Origin: Dehalococcoidia bacterium
GTDB lineage: Bacteria > Chloroflexota > Dehalococcoidia > UBA6926
Direction: 5' to 3'
Assembly: GCA_963666115.2 (NCBI GenBank)
Contig: CAXXET010000004.1
Span: 472,712 to 536,711 of the forward strand
DNA length: 64,000 nucleotides
This document shows positions 1-10,497 of this stretch, in pieces. Below the pieces are notes generated by a model, which did no database searches, was not told where the DNA came from, and saw nothing but the letters and a program-made list of their open reading frames with translations. Positions within the stretch are counted from its first letter, which is position 1. Each line of letters opens with the position of its first letter. The translations under genes and the position numbers were made by a program.

Positions 1-278
1 AGGTTGGCATCGTAGTTGAGCGCCGGGCCGAGGCCGTCGGGGTTTTGGTTTGTGTTGCTGACCGTGCCATCATCGCCCGAACCGGACGACGACGCGCCGG
101 AATCACCCGAATCCGATGAGGACGAGGATGAACCCGCGCCGGAATCGCCAGAATCGGTCGAGGACGAGCTCGCGGCGGAATCTGAGTCGGAGTCCTCGCT
201 GCTTTCTCCGTTGGTACACGCGGCCAGGGCGGAAATCGACAGGATAAGCGCAAGAAGCAGAATCGCCGCGAGTTTCAT
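1..278 (-). CDS. N-terminal part of a lipoprotein with Ser/Asp/Gly-rich linker (runs off the window)
   Basis: Manual translation from ATG 278: MKLAAILLLALILSISALAAC-TNGESSEDSDSDSAASSSS...; lipobox LAAC; AAGGA RBS upstream; not in the ORF track because it has no stop in the window. Confidence 0.75.
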   Translation of the reverse strand, partial: MKLAAILLLALILSISALAACTNGESSEDSDSDSAASSSSTDSGDSGAGSSSSSSDSGDSGASSSGSGDDGTVSNTNQNPDGLGPALNYDAN

Positions 279-395
279 GGCCGTTTCCTTTCCCTACCGG
301 GCGCATCTCTATCTGCCCATGATAACGCTCGCCAGTGGCAAAACGTTACGGCATCCGGCAGAATTCCGTCGCGTCCGGGCGCGGGGGGGCAGAAT

Positions 396-1589
396 CTAGA
401 TTGCGTTCTGCTCCCGCATGACGGTGGCGAGGAGGCCGACGCCTTCCTGGATTTCGTCCGGGGTGGGGAAGCTGTAGTTGAGGCGGGCGCGGTTGGGGCC
501 TTCGCCGACGGGGGAGAACTGGTGGCCGCCGAGGTAGCGGACGCCGCGCTCCTGCGTGATCGGTTCAAGCGCCTGCATATCGGTATTCTCCGGGAACTCC
601 GCCCAGACGAACATGCCGGCCTTGGGGACGGTCATCGAAACGAGCGGGCCGAAGTTCTCTCCGAGCGCGGCGATCATGGTGTCACGCTTGTGGCGCATCC
701 GCATGTTGAGGTGGCTGATGCGGGCATCCATGTGGTCTTCCATGAACTTGGCGACGATGAGGCCGGAGAGATAGTCGTTGCCGACGTCCTGCTTGTACGC
801 CGCCATCCGCTCAACAAGACGCTCATCCGCGGCCACCCACGCGACACGGACGCCGGGCGAGAGAATCTTGGAGAACGTGGCGATGTAGATGACGCGCTCC
901 TGCGCTCCGTCCAGCGACGCGATGGCGGGCGGCATCTCATCGACGTCCAGCGTCTGATCCACGTAGCAGTCGTCCTCGATGATCAGCGTGTCGTATTCCT
1001 GCGCGAGGGCGAGCATTTTCTCGCGGCGGTCGGACGGCATGATGGAGCCGTCCGGGTTCTGCGGGCTGGGGATGGTGTAAATGAACTTGGGCGTGACGCG
1101 CTCAGCCTTGAGTTCGGCGAGCTTCTGTTCAAGAAGGTCCATCCGCATCCCGTCGTCGTCCCTGTCGATGGTGACGATGCGGAGTCCGCTGGCGATGAAG
1201 GCGCGCACTGCGCCCTGGTAGAAGAATCGGTCGGTGATGATGGTGTCGCCCCGGGTGGTGAGCGTTTCCAGGCAGAGGGTGATGCCCTGCGCGGAGCCGT
1301 TGGTGGTGAGCACTTCATTGATGGCGGGCCACGTCATGCCGCGGTGGGCGGCCATCTTGTGGAGGATGATCTCGCGCGTGCGAACGGGGCCGTAGGTGGG
1401 CGGGTAGCGGGCGATGATCTCCTTCTCTTCATGGATGACCGCCCGCGCGGCTTCCGCCAGTTCTTCGATGGGCATGACGTCCGGGCCGGGATTGGCGCCG
1501 CCAAAATCGTACCGGAAGACTTCTTCCTGCCACGTGGGAACGGGCTTCTCAGGAACCGTCCAAAAACGGGAATAGTCGATGCTGCCCAT
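396..1589 (-). CDS. PLP-dependent aminotransferase class I/II (2-aminoadipate transaminase/MocR-type)
   Basis: YTIPSPQNPDG, IIEDDCY, TFSKILSPGVRVAW, RLNYS motifs. Confidence 0.9.
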   Translation of the reverse strand: MGSIDYSRFWTVPEKPVPTWQEEVFRYDFGGANPGPDVMPIEELAEAARAVIHEEKEIIARYPPTYGPVRTREIILHKMAAHRGMTWPAINEVLTTNGSAQGITLCLETLTTRGDTIITDRFFYQGAVRAFIASGLRIVTIDRDDDGMRMDLLEQKLAELKAERVTPKFIYTIPSPQNPDGSIMPSDRREKMLALAQEYDTLIIEDDCYVDQTLDVDEMPPAIASLDGAQERVIYIATFSKILSPGVRVAWVAADERLVERMAAYKQDVGNDYLSGLIVAKFMEDHMDARISHLNMRMRHKRDTMIAALGENFGPLVSMTVPKAGMFVWAEFPENTDMQALEPITQERGVRYLGGHQFSPVGEGPNRARLNYSFPTPDEIQEGVGLLATVMREQNAI

Positions 1590-1655
1590 TACGCCCTCCG
1601 CCTCTCATTCCCCATGACGCGGCTCGCTGCCGCGCTGCGCGGAGAGTAGCACAAA

Positions 1656-1700
1656 GCGTCTCCCGCTGCCGACTCGTAAGCAGTCAGCAGCGGGAGACGC
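1656..1700 (-). terminator. Intrinsic terminator downstream of proX
   Basis: GCGTCTCCCGCTGC...GCAGCGGGAGACGC inverted repeat followed by TTTGT on the minus strand. Confidence 0.7.
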
Positions 1701-1713
1701 CAAGGATTCGGGT

Positions 1714-2760
1714 TTACTCGGTTGGCCAGCCGGCGGGGACGACGCCCTCGTCAAGGGACTCCTGGATGGCGTCCGCAGCATCACTCGTGACCCACTGGGT
1801 CCAGAGGTCTACGTTGTTGTTGAGCCACCACATAGCGGAGTCGGCGATGTCCGCGCCCTCGTTGTCCTGCTGCCACGCGACAACCGTGCCGAATTCAGGG
1901 ATGTCAAAGCCCCACTTCTCGAACATGTCGATGACTTCAGGAGCTCGCTCCGCGAGGTCGGTGCGGACGGCAATCTTGATCTCGGCGTCGCGGTAGGCGC
2001 AGCCCACCGTCGGCTCGGGTCCGCCGTCAATGAAGGCCTGCATGCCGGACCAGCAGTCGTCCGTGTACGCGGGTTCATCCAGCCTGACAAGGTCAAGGAG
2101 GAGCGCCGGGTCGTTGGTGCCCCACTGGAAGCCAAGCCACGGCTCCTGGCGGTCGTAGGCGCCGTAGAGGTCCGCGTTTGCGGCTGCGCCGTCACCGGGC
2201 TTGATGACGTGGACGTGGTCAGTCAGGCCATAGGCTATGATCTGCGCGTCATTCACGCCCTCGCAGGCCCATCCGATAACGCAGGACACCAGGCGCGCCT
2301 TGCCGTCCGAGTCCGGCGTGGCGAACAGTTCCTTGTACTGCGGGTCCTTCAGATCCTCGATGTTGTCCAGGTCCGGGTGTTGGTCCTGGAGATACTTCGG
2401 GATCACGAAGGCCGACTGCCAGTCCGCCCCGAGGCTAAAGCCGACTTCCTGCACCGTTCCCTCGGCAAGCGCGTCAACCCAGGCGGCGTCCTGGTTGGGC
2501 AGCCAGATTTCCATGGTCACGTGCGTATCACCGGCGCGCAGGCCCTGCAGCAGCGGGAGCGTTGCGCCGAATACGACGTCCGTGGGATAGCCATAGCCCT
2601 CTTCCACGATGTACTGGGCGATGCGGTTCTGAATCTGGGCGCTGGGCCAGTTCAGATCGCTAAAGACGATCGGATCCTTTTCTTCTTCCTGCGTGCATCC
2701 CGCCACGGCTGCAACGGCAAGCGCGGCGATCGCAATCGCAAGAACGGCAAACTTCCTCAT
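1714..2760 (-). CDS. proX: Glycine betaine/proline ABC transporter substrate-binding lipoprotein
   Basis: Lipobox VAGC, DLNWPSA, MEIW, CVIGWAC; start moved to MRKF after GGAGG. Confidence 0.9.
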   Translation of the reverse strand: MRKFAVLAIAIAALAVAAVAGCTQEEEKDPIVFSDLNWPSAQIQNRIAQYIVEEGYGYPTDVVFGATLPLLQGLRAGDTHVTMEIWLPNQDAAWVDALAEGTVQEVGFSLGADWQSAFVIPKYLQDQHPDLDNIEDLKDPQYKELFATPDSDGKARLVSCVIGWACEGVNDAQIIAYGLTDHVHVIKPGDGAAANADLYGAYDRQEPWLGFQWGTNDPALLLDLVRLDEPAYTDDCWSGMQAFIDGGPEPTVGCAYRDAEIKIAVRTDLAERAPEVIDMFEKWGFDIPEFGTVVAWQQDNEGADIADSAMWWLNNNVDLWTQWVTSDAADAIQESLDEGVVPAGWPTE

Positions 2761-2837
2761 GTGTTCCTCCCCTCCCTTTCCGGAGTTTATTTTAGCGAAT
2801 CCTTGCAAGCATTTCAGAGTGAGCAGGTTTAGGCCCT

Positions 2838-3911
2838 CTAACCGGCGGTCATGGCCTCTGCCCTGCGGGCGGCAACGGCCTGTGTAAGACGGTCGATGAT
2901 GATGGCAAGAAAGACGATGGCGAGCCCGGCAAGGAGTCCGTTGCCGGGCTCATTCCTCTGCAATGCCCTGTTGACGTTGTCGCCGAGTCCGCCGGCGGCC
3001 ACGAGGCTTGCGATGGTGACCATGGCGAGCGCCATCATCGTGGTCTGGTTGATACCGGCCATGATAGTGGGCAGGGCCATGGGAATCTGCACCTTGAGCA
3101 GTATCTGGCGCGGCGATGAGCCGAATGCGCGCGCCGCGTCCACAACTTCCGGCGAGACCTGGCGGATGCCAAGAATGGTGAGGCGGATAACGGGCGGCGC
3201 GGCATAGAGGATGGTGGCGAACACGCCGGCGGGCTTGCCCAGCCCGAAGAACAGGATTCCCGGCAGGAGATAGACAAAGCTCGGCATCGTCTGCATCCCA
3301 TCAAGGATTGGACGCAGGAACCCCTCGATGACGCGGCTGCGCGCGCCGATGATGCCGACGGGCAGGCCGATTGAGACTGAGATCGCCACGGCCACAACCA
3401 TGAGGGCGAGGGTGTCCATGGTGTTGTTCCACAGGTCCATGAACCCCACGAACAGGAGCGCGAGCACGCTGAACGCGAGGAGCGGCTTGCGCCCTACCGC
3501 ATAGGCCAGGAGGCCAATGCCCGCAACGACGGCGGGCCACGGGAACCACTTCAGGACGCGCTCGATGTAGACGAGCGAATACGTGACGCCGGTGGCCATG
3601 GTGTCAAAGGCGAACGAGGCCGTCGTCGTCAGCCAGCCCACGCCGCTGTCGATACCGTCTGCCACGACCTCGCGCACGGTGGTCTCCAGCATGAATGAGC
3701 CGTCGGTAGACAGTTCGCTGCTCACGGTGGTCGGGAAATCCATGCCCGGGCCCCATACAGCGAGGGAAATAATCAGAACGAGGAGGACGAATGCCGCGCC
3801 GAACCACTGCCAACTGGGCAAATCCCGGCCGGCGGGCGCCTGTGGCCGCGCGTCAGTCTCTTCGGTCGTTGACGCGGCCTTGTCAACGGCGACGTCGTCT
3901 GTGCTAGCCAC
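2838..3911 (-). CDS. proW: Glycine betaine/proline ABC transporter permease
   Basis: PILDGMQTMPSFVYLLP, IMAGINQTTMMAL. Confidence 0.92.
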   Translation of the reverse strand: MASTDDVAVDKAASTTEETDARPQAPAGRDLPSWQWFGAAFVLLVLIISLAVWGPGMDFPTTVSSELSTDGSFMLETTVREVVADGIDSGVGWLTTTASFAFDTMATGVTYSLVYIERVLKWFPWPAVVAGIGLLAYAVGRKPLLAFSVLALLFVGFMDLWNNTMDTLALMVVAVAISVSIGLPVGIIGARSRVIEGFLRPILDGMQTMPSFVYLLPGILFFGLGKPAGVFATILYAAPPVIRLTILGIRQVSPEVVDAARAFGSSPRQILLKVQIPMALPTIMAGINQTTMMALAMVTIASLVAAGGLGDNVNRALQRNEPGNGLLAGLAIVFLAIIIDRLTQAVAARRAEAMTAG

Positions 3912-5106
3912 TGTCGTCTCCGTTTTCTACCCCGCCGGACAGAAGCTCGTCGCGCCGGATTGCGCCGACGAGGACGCCGTCTTCAACGACGGCCAGAGGA
4001 TACGGCGCATCCTCGACAATCGGGAGGAGTTCATCGAGCGATGTATCCGGGTCAACGATGACGGGGTCCTGCAGCGCGGCGTCTTCCAGGGTCTCCTTAT
4101 GGCGGTCGGCGAGCGATTCCACTTCCTGCTTGGTGAGCATCCCCTTCAGCCTGGAGCCTGCGTCCACCACGAAAAGGGCGTCGGTGTTCATGTTCTCCAT
4201 GATGACGAGCGCCGCGCCGGGGCCCTGCCGCGTGTGGATCGCGTCCGTCGCCTCGCTCATCACGGTGCGGGCCTGGATGAGGCGCGTCGAGGAGACATCG
4301 CGGACGAATTCGGTCACGTAGTCGTCGCTCGGCATGGAGACGATCTCATCCGGCGTTCCCTCCTGGATGATCTCGCCGTCGCGCATGATGGCAATGCGGT
4401 TTCCGAGCTTGATGGCCTCATTGAGATCATGGGTGATGAAGATGATGGTCTTGTGCAGGTCTTCCTGGAGCGTGAGCAGTTCATCCTGCATCTGGCGGCG
4501 GATGAGGGGGTCGAGTCCGCTGAACGGCTCATCCATGATGAGGACGGAGGGATCGACGGCAAGGGCGCGGGCAAGGCCGACGCGCTGCTGCATTCCGCCG
4601 CTCATCTCACGCGGGAAATAGCGTTCCCAGCCGCTGAGGCCGACCTTCTCAACCGTTTCATGGGCGACGCGGAGCCGCTCATCCTTGTCAACGCCCCTGA
4701 CCTCAAGGCCGTAGGCGACGTTCTCCAGGACGCGGCGATGCGGCAGAAGGGCGTAGTTCTGGAAGACCATCGCGACGGTCGACCGCCTGAACTCCATGAG
4801 TCGATCCTGCGAGAGCTGGAGGATGTCCTCGCCCTCATAGAGGAGCTCACCGGCGGTGGGGTCGCTCAACCTGATGAGCGCCCTGGCAAGAGTGGACTTG
4901 CCGCTCCCGGAGAGTCCCATCAGGACGTAGACCTGGCCGCGGTCAACGCTGAAGGACACGTCGCGCAGCGCGGTGACGAGTCCCAACTCCTCCTGTATCT
5001 CCGCCCGTGACTTTTCGGTGTGCTCAGGATCGAGAGCCCGTTCGGGATTGTCCCCAAACACTTTCCATAGATTCTTCGCGTCTATCTGACGTTCAGTTTC
5101 GATCAT
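3904..5106 (-). CDS. proV: Glycine betaine/proline ABC transporter ATP-binding protein with CBS pair
   Basis: GLSGSGKST, MSGGMQQRVGLARAL, DEPFSGLDPLIR; likely start MIETERQ. Confidence 0.92.
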   Translation of the reverse strand: MIETERQIDAKNLWKVFGDNPERALDPEHTEKSRAEIQEELGLVTALRDVSFSVDRGQVYVLMGLSGSGKSTLARALIRLSDPTAGELLYEGEDILQLSQDRLMEFRRSTVAMVFQNYALLPHRRVLENVAYGLEVRGVDKDERLRVAHETVEKVGLSGWERYFPREMSGGMQQRVGLARALAVDPSVLIMDEPFSGLDPLIRRQMQDELLTLQEDLHKTIIFITHDLNEAIKLGNRIAIMRDGEIIQEGTPDEIVSMPSDDYVTEFVRDVSSTRLIQARTVMSEATDAIHTRQGPGAALVIMENMNTDALFVVDAGSRLKGMLTKQEVESLADRHKETLEDAALQDPVIVDPDTSLDELLPIVEDAPYPLAVVEDGVLVGAIRRDELLSGGVENGDDSG

Positions 5107-5269
5107 AACGTTGGCGCGCCAACTATCCTCCCCCCCTGATTGCGACAACATACTGTAACGGATTAGCCCGCAACCGTCCAATCGCGCGCCGGAGAGCAAC
5201 TATTGGCGTCTTCATCCGATTCATGGCAAACTATACGGTGAGTCTTATAGGAATAACCAGGAGGGACAC

Positions 5270-6346
5270 ATGACGAGCAGACTTATGCTACTTGCGCTAG
5301 CCGTCGTGGCAGGCCTGATGATCTTTGCGGCCTGCACAACCGAGGAAGACACACCTGTGCCGGCCGACGAGCCAACAGCGGCGCCGGTGGAAGAGGAGAT
5401 GAGCAGGCTCGCCACCGTCATACAGCGTGGCAAGGTCATCTGCGCGATCAACACGGTGCTTCCCGGATTCGGCGCGCTGGACGCGAACGGAAACAACGTG
5501 GGCTTTGACATCGATCAGTGCCGCGCCGTTGCAGCCGCCGTTCTTGGCGACGCCAACGCGGTTGAGTATCGACAGACCACCGCCGCGCAGCGCGGGCCGG
5601 TCATGCAGTCCGGCGAAGTCGATCTGATGGTTCGGAATACAACGTGGACGACTTCCCGCGACGCGACGTGGGGCAACTTTGCCCAGACGACGTTCTACGA
5701 CGGGCAGGGATTCATGGTCCCGGCAGACCTGGGCGTGAGCGATCCGGTTGAGCTGGACGGCTCCAGCATCTGCGTGCTCCAGGGCACGACGACGGAGCAG
5801 AACCTCCAGGACTTCATCAACCAGAACGGCCTGGACATCGAGGTTCTCACGTTCAGCGAGCAGCCGCCGCTGACGGAGGCATACCTGGCGGGACAGTGCC
5901 AGGGTGAGACGACCGACAAGTCCGGCCTCGTCTCGCTCCGCACGACGTATGACAACCCCAATGACCACGTCATCCTGGGCGCCACGATTTCCGAGGAGCC
6001 TCTTGGCCCCGTCGTGCCGCACGGCGACGACCAGTGGTACGACATCGTGAAGTCCGTCATCGCCATCCTGATCTACGCGGAGGCATTCGGGATCGATTCG
6101 ATGAGCGTGCCGACGGCAGCGACGGGCGACACAGCAGTTGACCGGCTGCTTGGCCTGGGCGACACGAGCTGGGGCCAGGAAGCGCTGGGCCTGGAGCAGG
6201 ACGTGGGACAGAAGGTCATCCGGCAGGTTGGCAACTACGGCGAGATCTACGACCGGCACCTGACGCCGCTGGGCGTCACCCGTGAGGGCAGCCGCAACGC
6301 GCTGTGGCTGAACGGCGGAGAGATCTACGCCGCTCCGCTCCGATAG
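5270..6346 (+). CDS. aapJ: General L-amino acid ABC transporter substrate-binding lipoprotein (AapJ/BztA)
   Basis: GFDIDQCRAVAAAV, RNTTWT, FYDGQGFMV, VGNYGEIY; lipobox FAAC. Confidence 0.92.
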   Translation: MTSRLMLLALAVVAGLMIFAACTTEEDTPVPADEPTAAPVEEEMSRLATVIQRGKVICAINTVLPGFGALDANGNNVGFDIDQCRAVAAAVLGDANAVEYRQTTAAQRGPVMQSGEVDLMVRNTTWTTSRDATWGNFAQTTFYDGQGFMVPADLGVSDPVELDGSSICVLQGTTTEQNLQDFINQNGLDIEVLTFSEQPPLTEAYLAGQCQGETTDKSGLVSLRTTYDNPNDHVILGATISEEPLGPVVPHGDDQWYDIVKSVIAILIYAEAFGIDSMSVPTAATGDTAVDRLLGLGDTSWGQEALGLEQDVGQKVIRQVGNYGEIYDRHLTPLGVTREGSRNALWLNGGEIYAAPLR

Positions 6347-6453
6347 ACAGCGGGACAAGCGCGTTCTGACGGCGTCCTGACGGACGCGACAGGAGCGAAT
6401 AAAGCGGGGGGCCGAATGCACGGCATTCGGTTCCCCGCTATTCTATTGGCGAG

Positions 6454-7665
6454 ATGGCGGAACCAACACGAAGCTTCCTGACCTACCAGGGCATCCCTGT
6501 CTGGCGCCACGCGGTCATCATCAAGTGGGCGCTGCAGATGGTATCGGCTGTCGCCGTCGTCACGCTGGTCTTCTGGTTCTTCTCCAACATCGCGTTCGCG
6601 ATCAATGACCGCGAGATTCCCTTCGGGTTCTCGTTCCTGAGCCGCGCGTACGGCACGCCGGTTCCGGAGCACGTGCTGCCGTATGAATCGACGGACAGCT
6701 ACGGCTACGCCCTTATCGTCGCCGCCGTCAACACAATCGTGTTGGCAATTGCGGGCGTGATCCTGGCAATTCTTCTCGGCACGCTCATCGGCATTGCGCG
6801 CATCTCCTCCAACTGGCTGGTCTCGCGCCTCGCCCTCGCCTACGTGGAGTTCTTCCGCAACGTGCCGCTGCTGGTGCAGCTTCTTTTCTTCTTCTACTTC
6901 ATCCTGCTCCTGCCGCCGCTTGCGGAGAGCTACAACCCGTTCGGCGTCATGTACATCAACAACGCGGGCTTTGCCGTGCCGTCGCCCATGCCCGCGGGCG
7001 AAACGGCATTCGCGATTGCGTGGGGCGTCGTGGCACTGGTCGGCATCGCGGCGGGGTTCGCTGCGCACAGGTCCCTCTCACGGCGGGAGACGCTGACGGG
7101 GCGGGTGTCCTATCCGTTGACGGCGGGCATCGCTGTGGCCGCCGGCATCGCGTTTGCAGCGTGGCTCGCGATTTGGGCGCTCGCCGGGGAGGCGCCGCTT
7201 GCAATCAGCACGCCCGAGCCCGAGGGGCGATTCGGCAGGATCGAGGGCGGTCTGCGCGTCCGGTCCGGGGCGATCGTGATGCTGATCGGGCTGGTCATGT
7301 ACACGGCGTCGTTCATTGCGGAGATCGTGCGGGCGGGCATCCAGTCCGTGGGGCGGGGCCAAACGGAGGCGGCGTCCGCGCTGGGCCTCAGGCCGGTCGG
7401 CGTGCTCCGCAACATCACGTTCCCGCAGGCGCTGCGGGTCATCGTTCCCCCGCTCATCAGCCAGTGCCTGAACCTGACGAAGAACAGCAGCCTGGCGGCG
7501 GCAATCGGCTTTGCCGACCTGACGAACGTGGCGATTACGATGACGCAGACCGCGCCCGCGATCTCCATCTTCCTGATCATCATGCTGGCGTACCTGCTGA
7601 TGAGCCTGGCGTGGTCGGCGGTGGGCAACCTGTACAACTGGCGCACGCGGATAGTGGGGACGTAG
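6454..7665 (+). CDS. aapQ: General L-amino acid ABC transporter permease (AapQ/BztB)
   Basis: YVEFFRNVPLLVQ, IAEIVRAGIQSVGRGQTEA, LNLTKNSSL. Confidence 0.9.
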   Translation: MAEPTRSFLTYQGIPVWRHAVIIKWALQMVSAVAVVTLVFWFFSNIAFAINDREIPFGFSFLSRAYGTPVPEHVLPYESTDSYGYALIVAAVNTIVLAIAGVILAILLGTLIGIARISSNWLVSRLALAYVEFFRNVPLLVQLLFFFYFILLLPPLAESYNPFGVMYINNAGFAVPSPMPAGETAFAIAWGVVALVGIAAGFAAHRSLSRRETLTGRVSYPLTAGIAVAAGIAFAAWLAIWALAGEAPLAISTPEPEGRFGRIEGGLRVRSGAIVMLIGLVMYTASFIAEIVRAGIQSVGRGQTEAASALGLRPVGVLRNITFPQALRVIVPPLISQCLNLTKNSSLAAAIGFADLTNVAITMTQTAPAISIFLIIMLAYLLMSLAWSAVGNLYNWRTRIVGT

Positions 7666-7668
7666 ACG

Positions 7669-8928
7669 ATGGCGACCGCACGAATGACACCTGGCGCGGA
7701 CCTGCCTCCGCCGCGCATGACGACGGGGCCGGCCGGCTGGGCCAGGGCTAACCTGTTCAGCTCGCCAGGCAACAGCGCCACGACCATCCTCGTGGGAGCG
7801 GTGAGCCTGTACCTGATCTGGCAGTTCCTGGGGTGGGCGCTTGGCCCGGCGGACTGGTCTGTCATCCCGACGCTGGGCGGCACGCTCATCATCGGCCAGT
7901 ACAACTCGGAGACGGTGTGCCCCTCGCAGGACTGCTTCTGGCGCCCGCAGGTGTCACTGCTCATCGGGGTGACGTTCTTCGGCATCCTGTGGGCAGTGGC
8001 GGCGACGGCGCTGGTGCGGGGCGTGGCGCTGACGGTGGCGTTCGTCTCGGCGGGAATGGCGTTGATGCCCCTGCCCTTCAGCGAGATGGGCATGGACGTG
8101 CGGCTGCTGCTACTGCTGAACATCCCCGCCGTCTTCCTGGGCTACTGGCTGGGCAAGCACACGCCGGTCAGTTCCACCAGGAACCTGATCATCATCGCGT
8201 TTGCCGGTTTCCTGTTGGTATACATCCTGTTGGGCGGCACAGTTTTCGGTTTCTTCGACGTTCCCGGTCTCCAGGTTGTGCCGTCGCGGTACTGGGGCGG
8301 GTTGACGCTGAACCTGCTGCTGGCGGCGGGCGGCATCACGGCAAGCCTGCCGCTCGGCATCCTCCTGGCGCTTGGGCGGCGCAGCAACCTGCCGTTCGTC
8401 AAGTTCACGTGCGTGGGCGTCATCGAGTTCTTCCGGGGCGTGCCGCTCATCACCCTGCTCTTCATGTCGCAGACGCTCCTGCCGCTGGCATTCCCGCGCG
8501 ATTTCCCGCTGGACGAGGTGATGCGGGCGGGAATCGTCATCACCGTGTTCAGCTCCGCGTACATGGCGGAGAACATCCGGGGCGGGCTGCAAAGCCTGCA
8601 CCGGGGGCAGACGGAGGCGGCGCGCGCGCTGGGCATGCCGCCGTGGAACACGACGATCTTCATCACGCTGCCGCAGGCGCTCCGCAACGTGGTGCCGGCC
8701 ATCGTCGGGCAGTTCATCAGCCTGTTCAAGGACACGACGCTGGTCTTCATCATCGGTATGTTCGACATCCTGCAGATCGGAAACTCGTTCATCGGCAGCA
8801 ACCGGGAGTTCCTGGACAACAGCCGCGAGCTCTTCCTGTTCATCGCGCTGGTCTTCTGGACGATCAATTACGGCATGTCATACGTGAGCCGGCGGGTTGA
8901 AGAGACCCTCGGCGTGGGACGCAGGTAG
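7669..8928 (+). CDS. aapM: General L-amino acid ABC transporter permease (AapM/BztC)
   Basis: [41 protein letters not shown]. Confidence 0.9.
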   Translation: MATARMTPGADLPPPRMTTGPAGWARANLFSSPGNSATTILVGAVSLYLIWQFLGWALGPADWSVIPTLGGTLIIGQYNSETVCPSQDCFWRPQVSLLIGVTFFGILWAVAATALVRGVALTVAFVSAGMALMPLPFSEMGMDVRLLLLLNIPAVFLGYWLGKHTPVSSTRNLIIIAFAGFLLVYILLGGTVFGFFDVPGLQVVPSRYWGGLTLNLLLAAGGITASLPLGILLALGRRSNLPFVKFTCVGVIEFFRGVPLITLLFMSQTLLPLAFPRDFPLDEVMRAGIVITVFSSAYMAENIRGGLQSLHRGQTEAARALGMPPWNTTIFITLPQALRNVVPAIVGQFISLFKDTTLVFIIGMFDILQIGNSFIGSNREFLDNSRELFLFIALVFWTINYGMSYVSRRVEETLGVGRR

Positions 8929-8962
8929 GCGCGGCGACGCCGGCGAGAGGGAGGCGAGACAG

Positions 8963-9733
8963 ATGACCACCAACGGGGACGCGCAGGCGAACGGCGAGGT
9001 TGAGGACATCATCATCGCGCGCGACGTGCATAAGTGGTTCGGCTCGTTCCATGCCCTGCGCGGGGTGTCCACGACGGTGAAACGCGCGGAAATCGTCGTC
9101 ATCCTCGGCCCGTCCGGCTCGGGAAAGTCGACGTTCATCCGCACGATCAACCGGCTGGAGGAGCACCAGCGCGGCGAGATCATCGTGGACGGCATCACGC
9201 TCTCGAACGACATCCGCAACATCGACGCCATTCGCAGCGAGGTGGGGATGGTGTTCCAGTCGTTCAACCTGTTCCCACACCTGACGGTGCTGAACAACAT
9301 CACGCTCGCGCCGATGAAGGTGCGGCACACGCCGCGCGCGGAGGCGGAGGAGACGGCGATGGGCCTGCTGGAGCGCGTGGGCATCCCAGAGCAGGCGCTG
9401 AAGTACCCGGCGGAGTTGTCCGGCGGCCAGCAGCAGCGCGTGGCGATTGCGCGGGCGCTGGCGATGCAGCCGCGGATCATGCTGTTCGATGAGCCGACGT
9501 CCGCGCTCGATCCGGAGATGATCAAGGACGTGCTGGACGTGATGCGGGAACTGGCGCACTCCGGCATGACGATGCTGGTGGTGACGCACGAGGTGGGGTT
9601 CGCGCGGGAGGTGGCGGACCGGGTGATCATGTTCGATGAGGGCATGATCGCGGAAGAAGGCCCGCCCAACGAGTTCTTCACCAACCCGAAGAGTGAGCGG
9701 GCGAAGCTGTTTTTGTCACAGATTTTGCACTGA
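8963..9733 (+). CDS. aapP: Amino acid ABC transporter ATP-binding protein (AapP/BztD)
   Basis: [35 protein letters not shown]; ATG after GGGAGG. Confidence 0.92.
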   Translation: MTTNGDAQANGEVEDIIIARDVHKWFGSFHALRGVSTTVKRAEIVVILGPSGSGKSTFIRTINRLEEHQRGEIIVDGITLSNDIRNIDAIRSEVGMVFQSFNLFPHLTVLNNITLAPMKVRHTPRAEAEETAMGLLERVGIPEQALKYPAELSGGQQQRVAIARALAMQPRIMLFDEPTSALDPEMIKDVLDVMRELAHSGMTMLVVTHEVGFAREVADRVIMFDEGMIAEEGPPNEFFTNPKSERAKLFLSQILH

Positions 9734-9790
9734 GGGGGGGACGCAACTCCCTATACCTTTCCAGGGTTTGCCCAAGACAACGGGTTCCCG

Positions 9791-9844
9791 CGACCTATTG
9801 ACACGTTCAGGTCGAGAGGGTAAGATATTCTTACCATTGGTAAG
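9791..9844 (+). promoter_or_regulatory. Sigma70-like promoter with overlapping operator-like palindromes
   Basis: TTGACA (9798-9803), 17 nt, TAAGAT (9821-9826); CGACCT/AGGTCG flanking -35; GGTAAGA-TAT-TCTTACC (9819-9835) and CTTACCA-T-TGGTAAG (9830-9844). Confidence 0.75.
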
Positions 9845-9853
9845 GACGTGCTC

Positions 9854-10147
9854 ATGGACAAGCAAGAAATCGTCAGCAAAGTAATCGAGACTGTGGCCGA
9901 TGTGCAGACAGTCGGTGGACGGCCCAGCGCAGGCATAGATGCATCTACGTGCCCGATCGGAGGAGTAGAGGGCTTCGACAGCCTCAATGGAGTGGAGGCA
10001 ACCGTCATGCTCTCGGGGGCCTTCGGGGTTGATCTGCCTGATGACTATAACCCTTTCGTCTCCAACGACGGGAGGCGAGCGCTGACGATTAGTGAGATTG
10101 CTGACAGTCTGAGTGCCTACCTGAAGCCGGAGGTTGTATCCAGATGA
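9854..10147 (+). CDS. Acyl-carrier-protein-like small acidic protein
   Basis: 97 aa; GFDSL phosphopantetheine-site-like motif followed by helix II-like VEATVMLSGAFGVDLP and C-terminal TISEIAD. Confidence 0.7.
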   Translation: MDKQEIVSKVIETVADVQTVGGRPSAGIDASTCPIGGVEGFDSLNGVEATVMLSGAFGVDLPDDYNPFVSNDGRRALTISEIADSLSAYLKPEVVSR

Positions 10148-10497
10148 CAGAACACGAGGAGCAGCGGAAGGCGGTCGCGTCTCGCCTGCGTCTGTCCAGG
10201 GAGTTGGCTGGCTTGACCCAGAGTCAGGTAGCCAAGAGCTTGGGTTGGCACCGTCCGACGATCTCCGAAATTGAGGCCGGACGTAGAAGAGTGTCCGCGG
10301 AAGAACTCTCCGCATTGGCCGCAATGTATGGGGTGAATATCCCTTGGATTGTGGGCGAACAGGGCGAAGGTTCGAATCCCGCCGTCGACCGAGTGAAGCT
10401 GGCAGCGAGGGAGTTGAGCAAATTGCGAGAGGAAGATCTAGATCGGGTCATCCAGGTTGTCCAAGCACTACGCACATCGAGGAGTGACACCGAGTGA
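10144..10497 (+). CDS. XRE-family HTH transcriptional regulator
   Basis: RLRLSRELAGLTQSQVAKSLGWHRPTISEIEAGRR; ATGA overlap with the upstream gene. Confidence 0.9.
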   Translation: MTEHEEQRKAVASRLRLSRELAGLTQSQVAKSLGWHRPTISEIEAGRRRVSAEELSALAAMYGVNIPWIVGEQGEGSNPAVDRVKLAARELSKLREEDLDRVIQVVQALRTSRSDTE

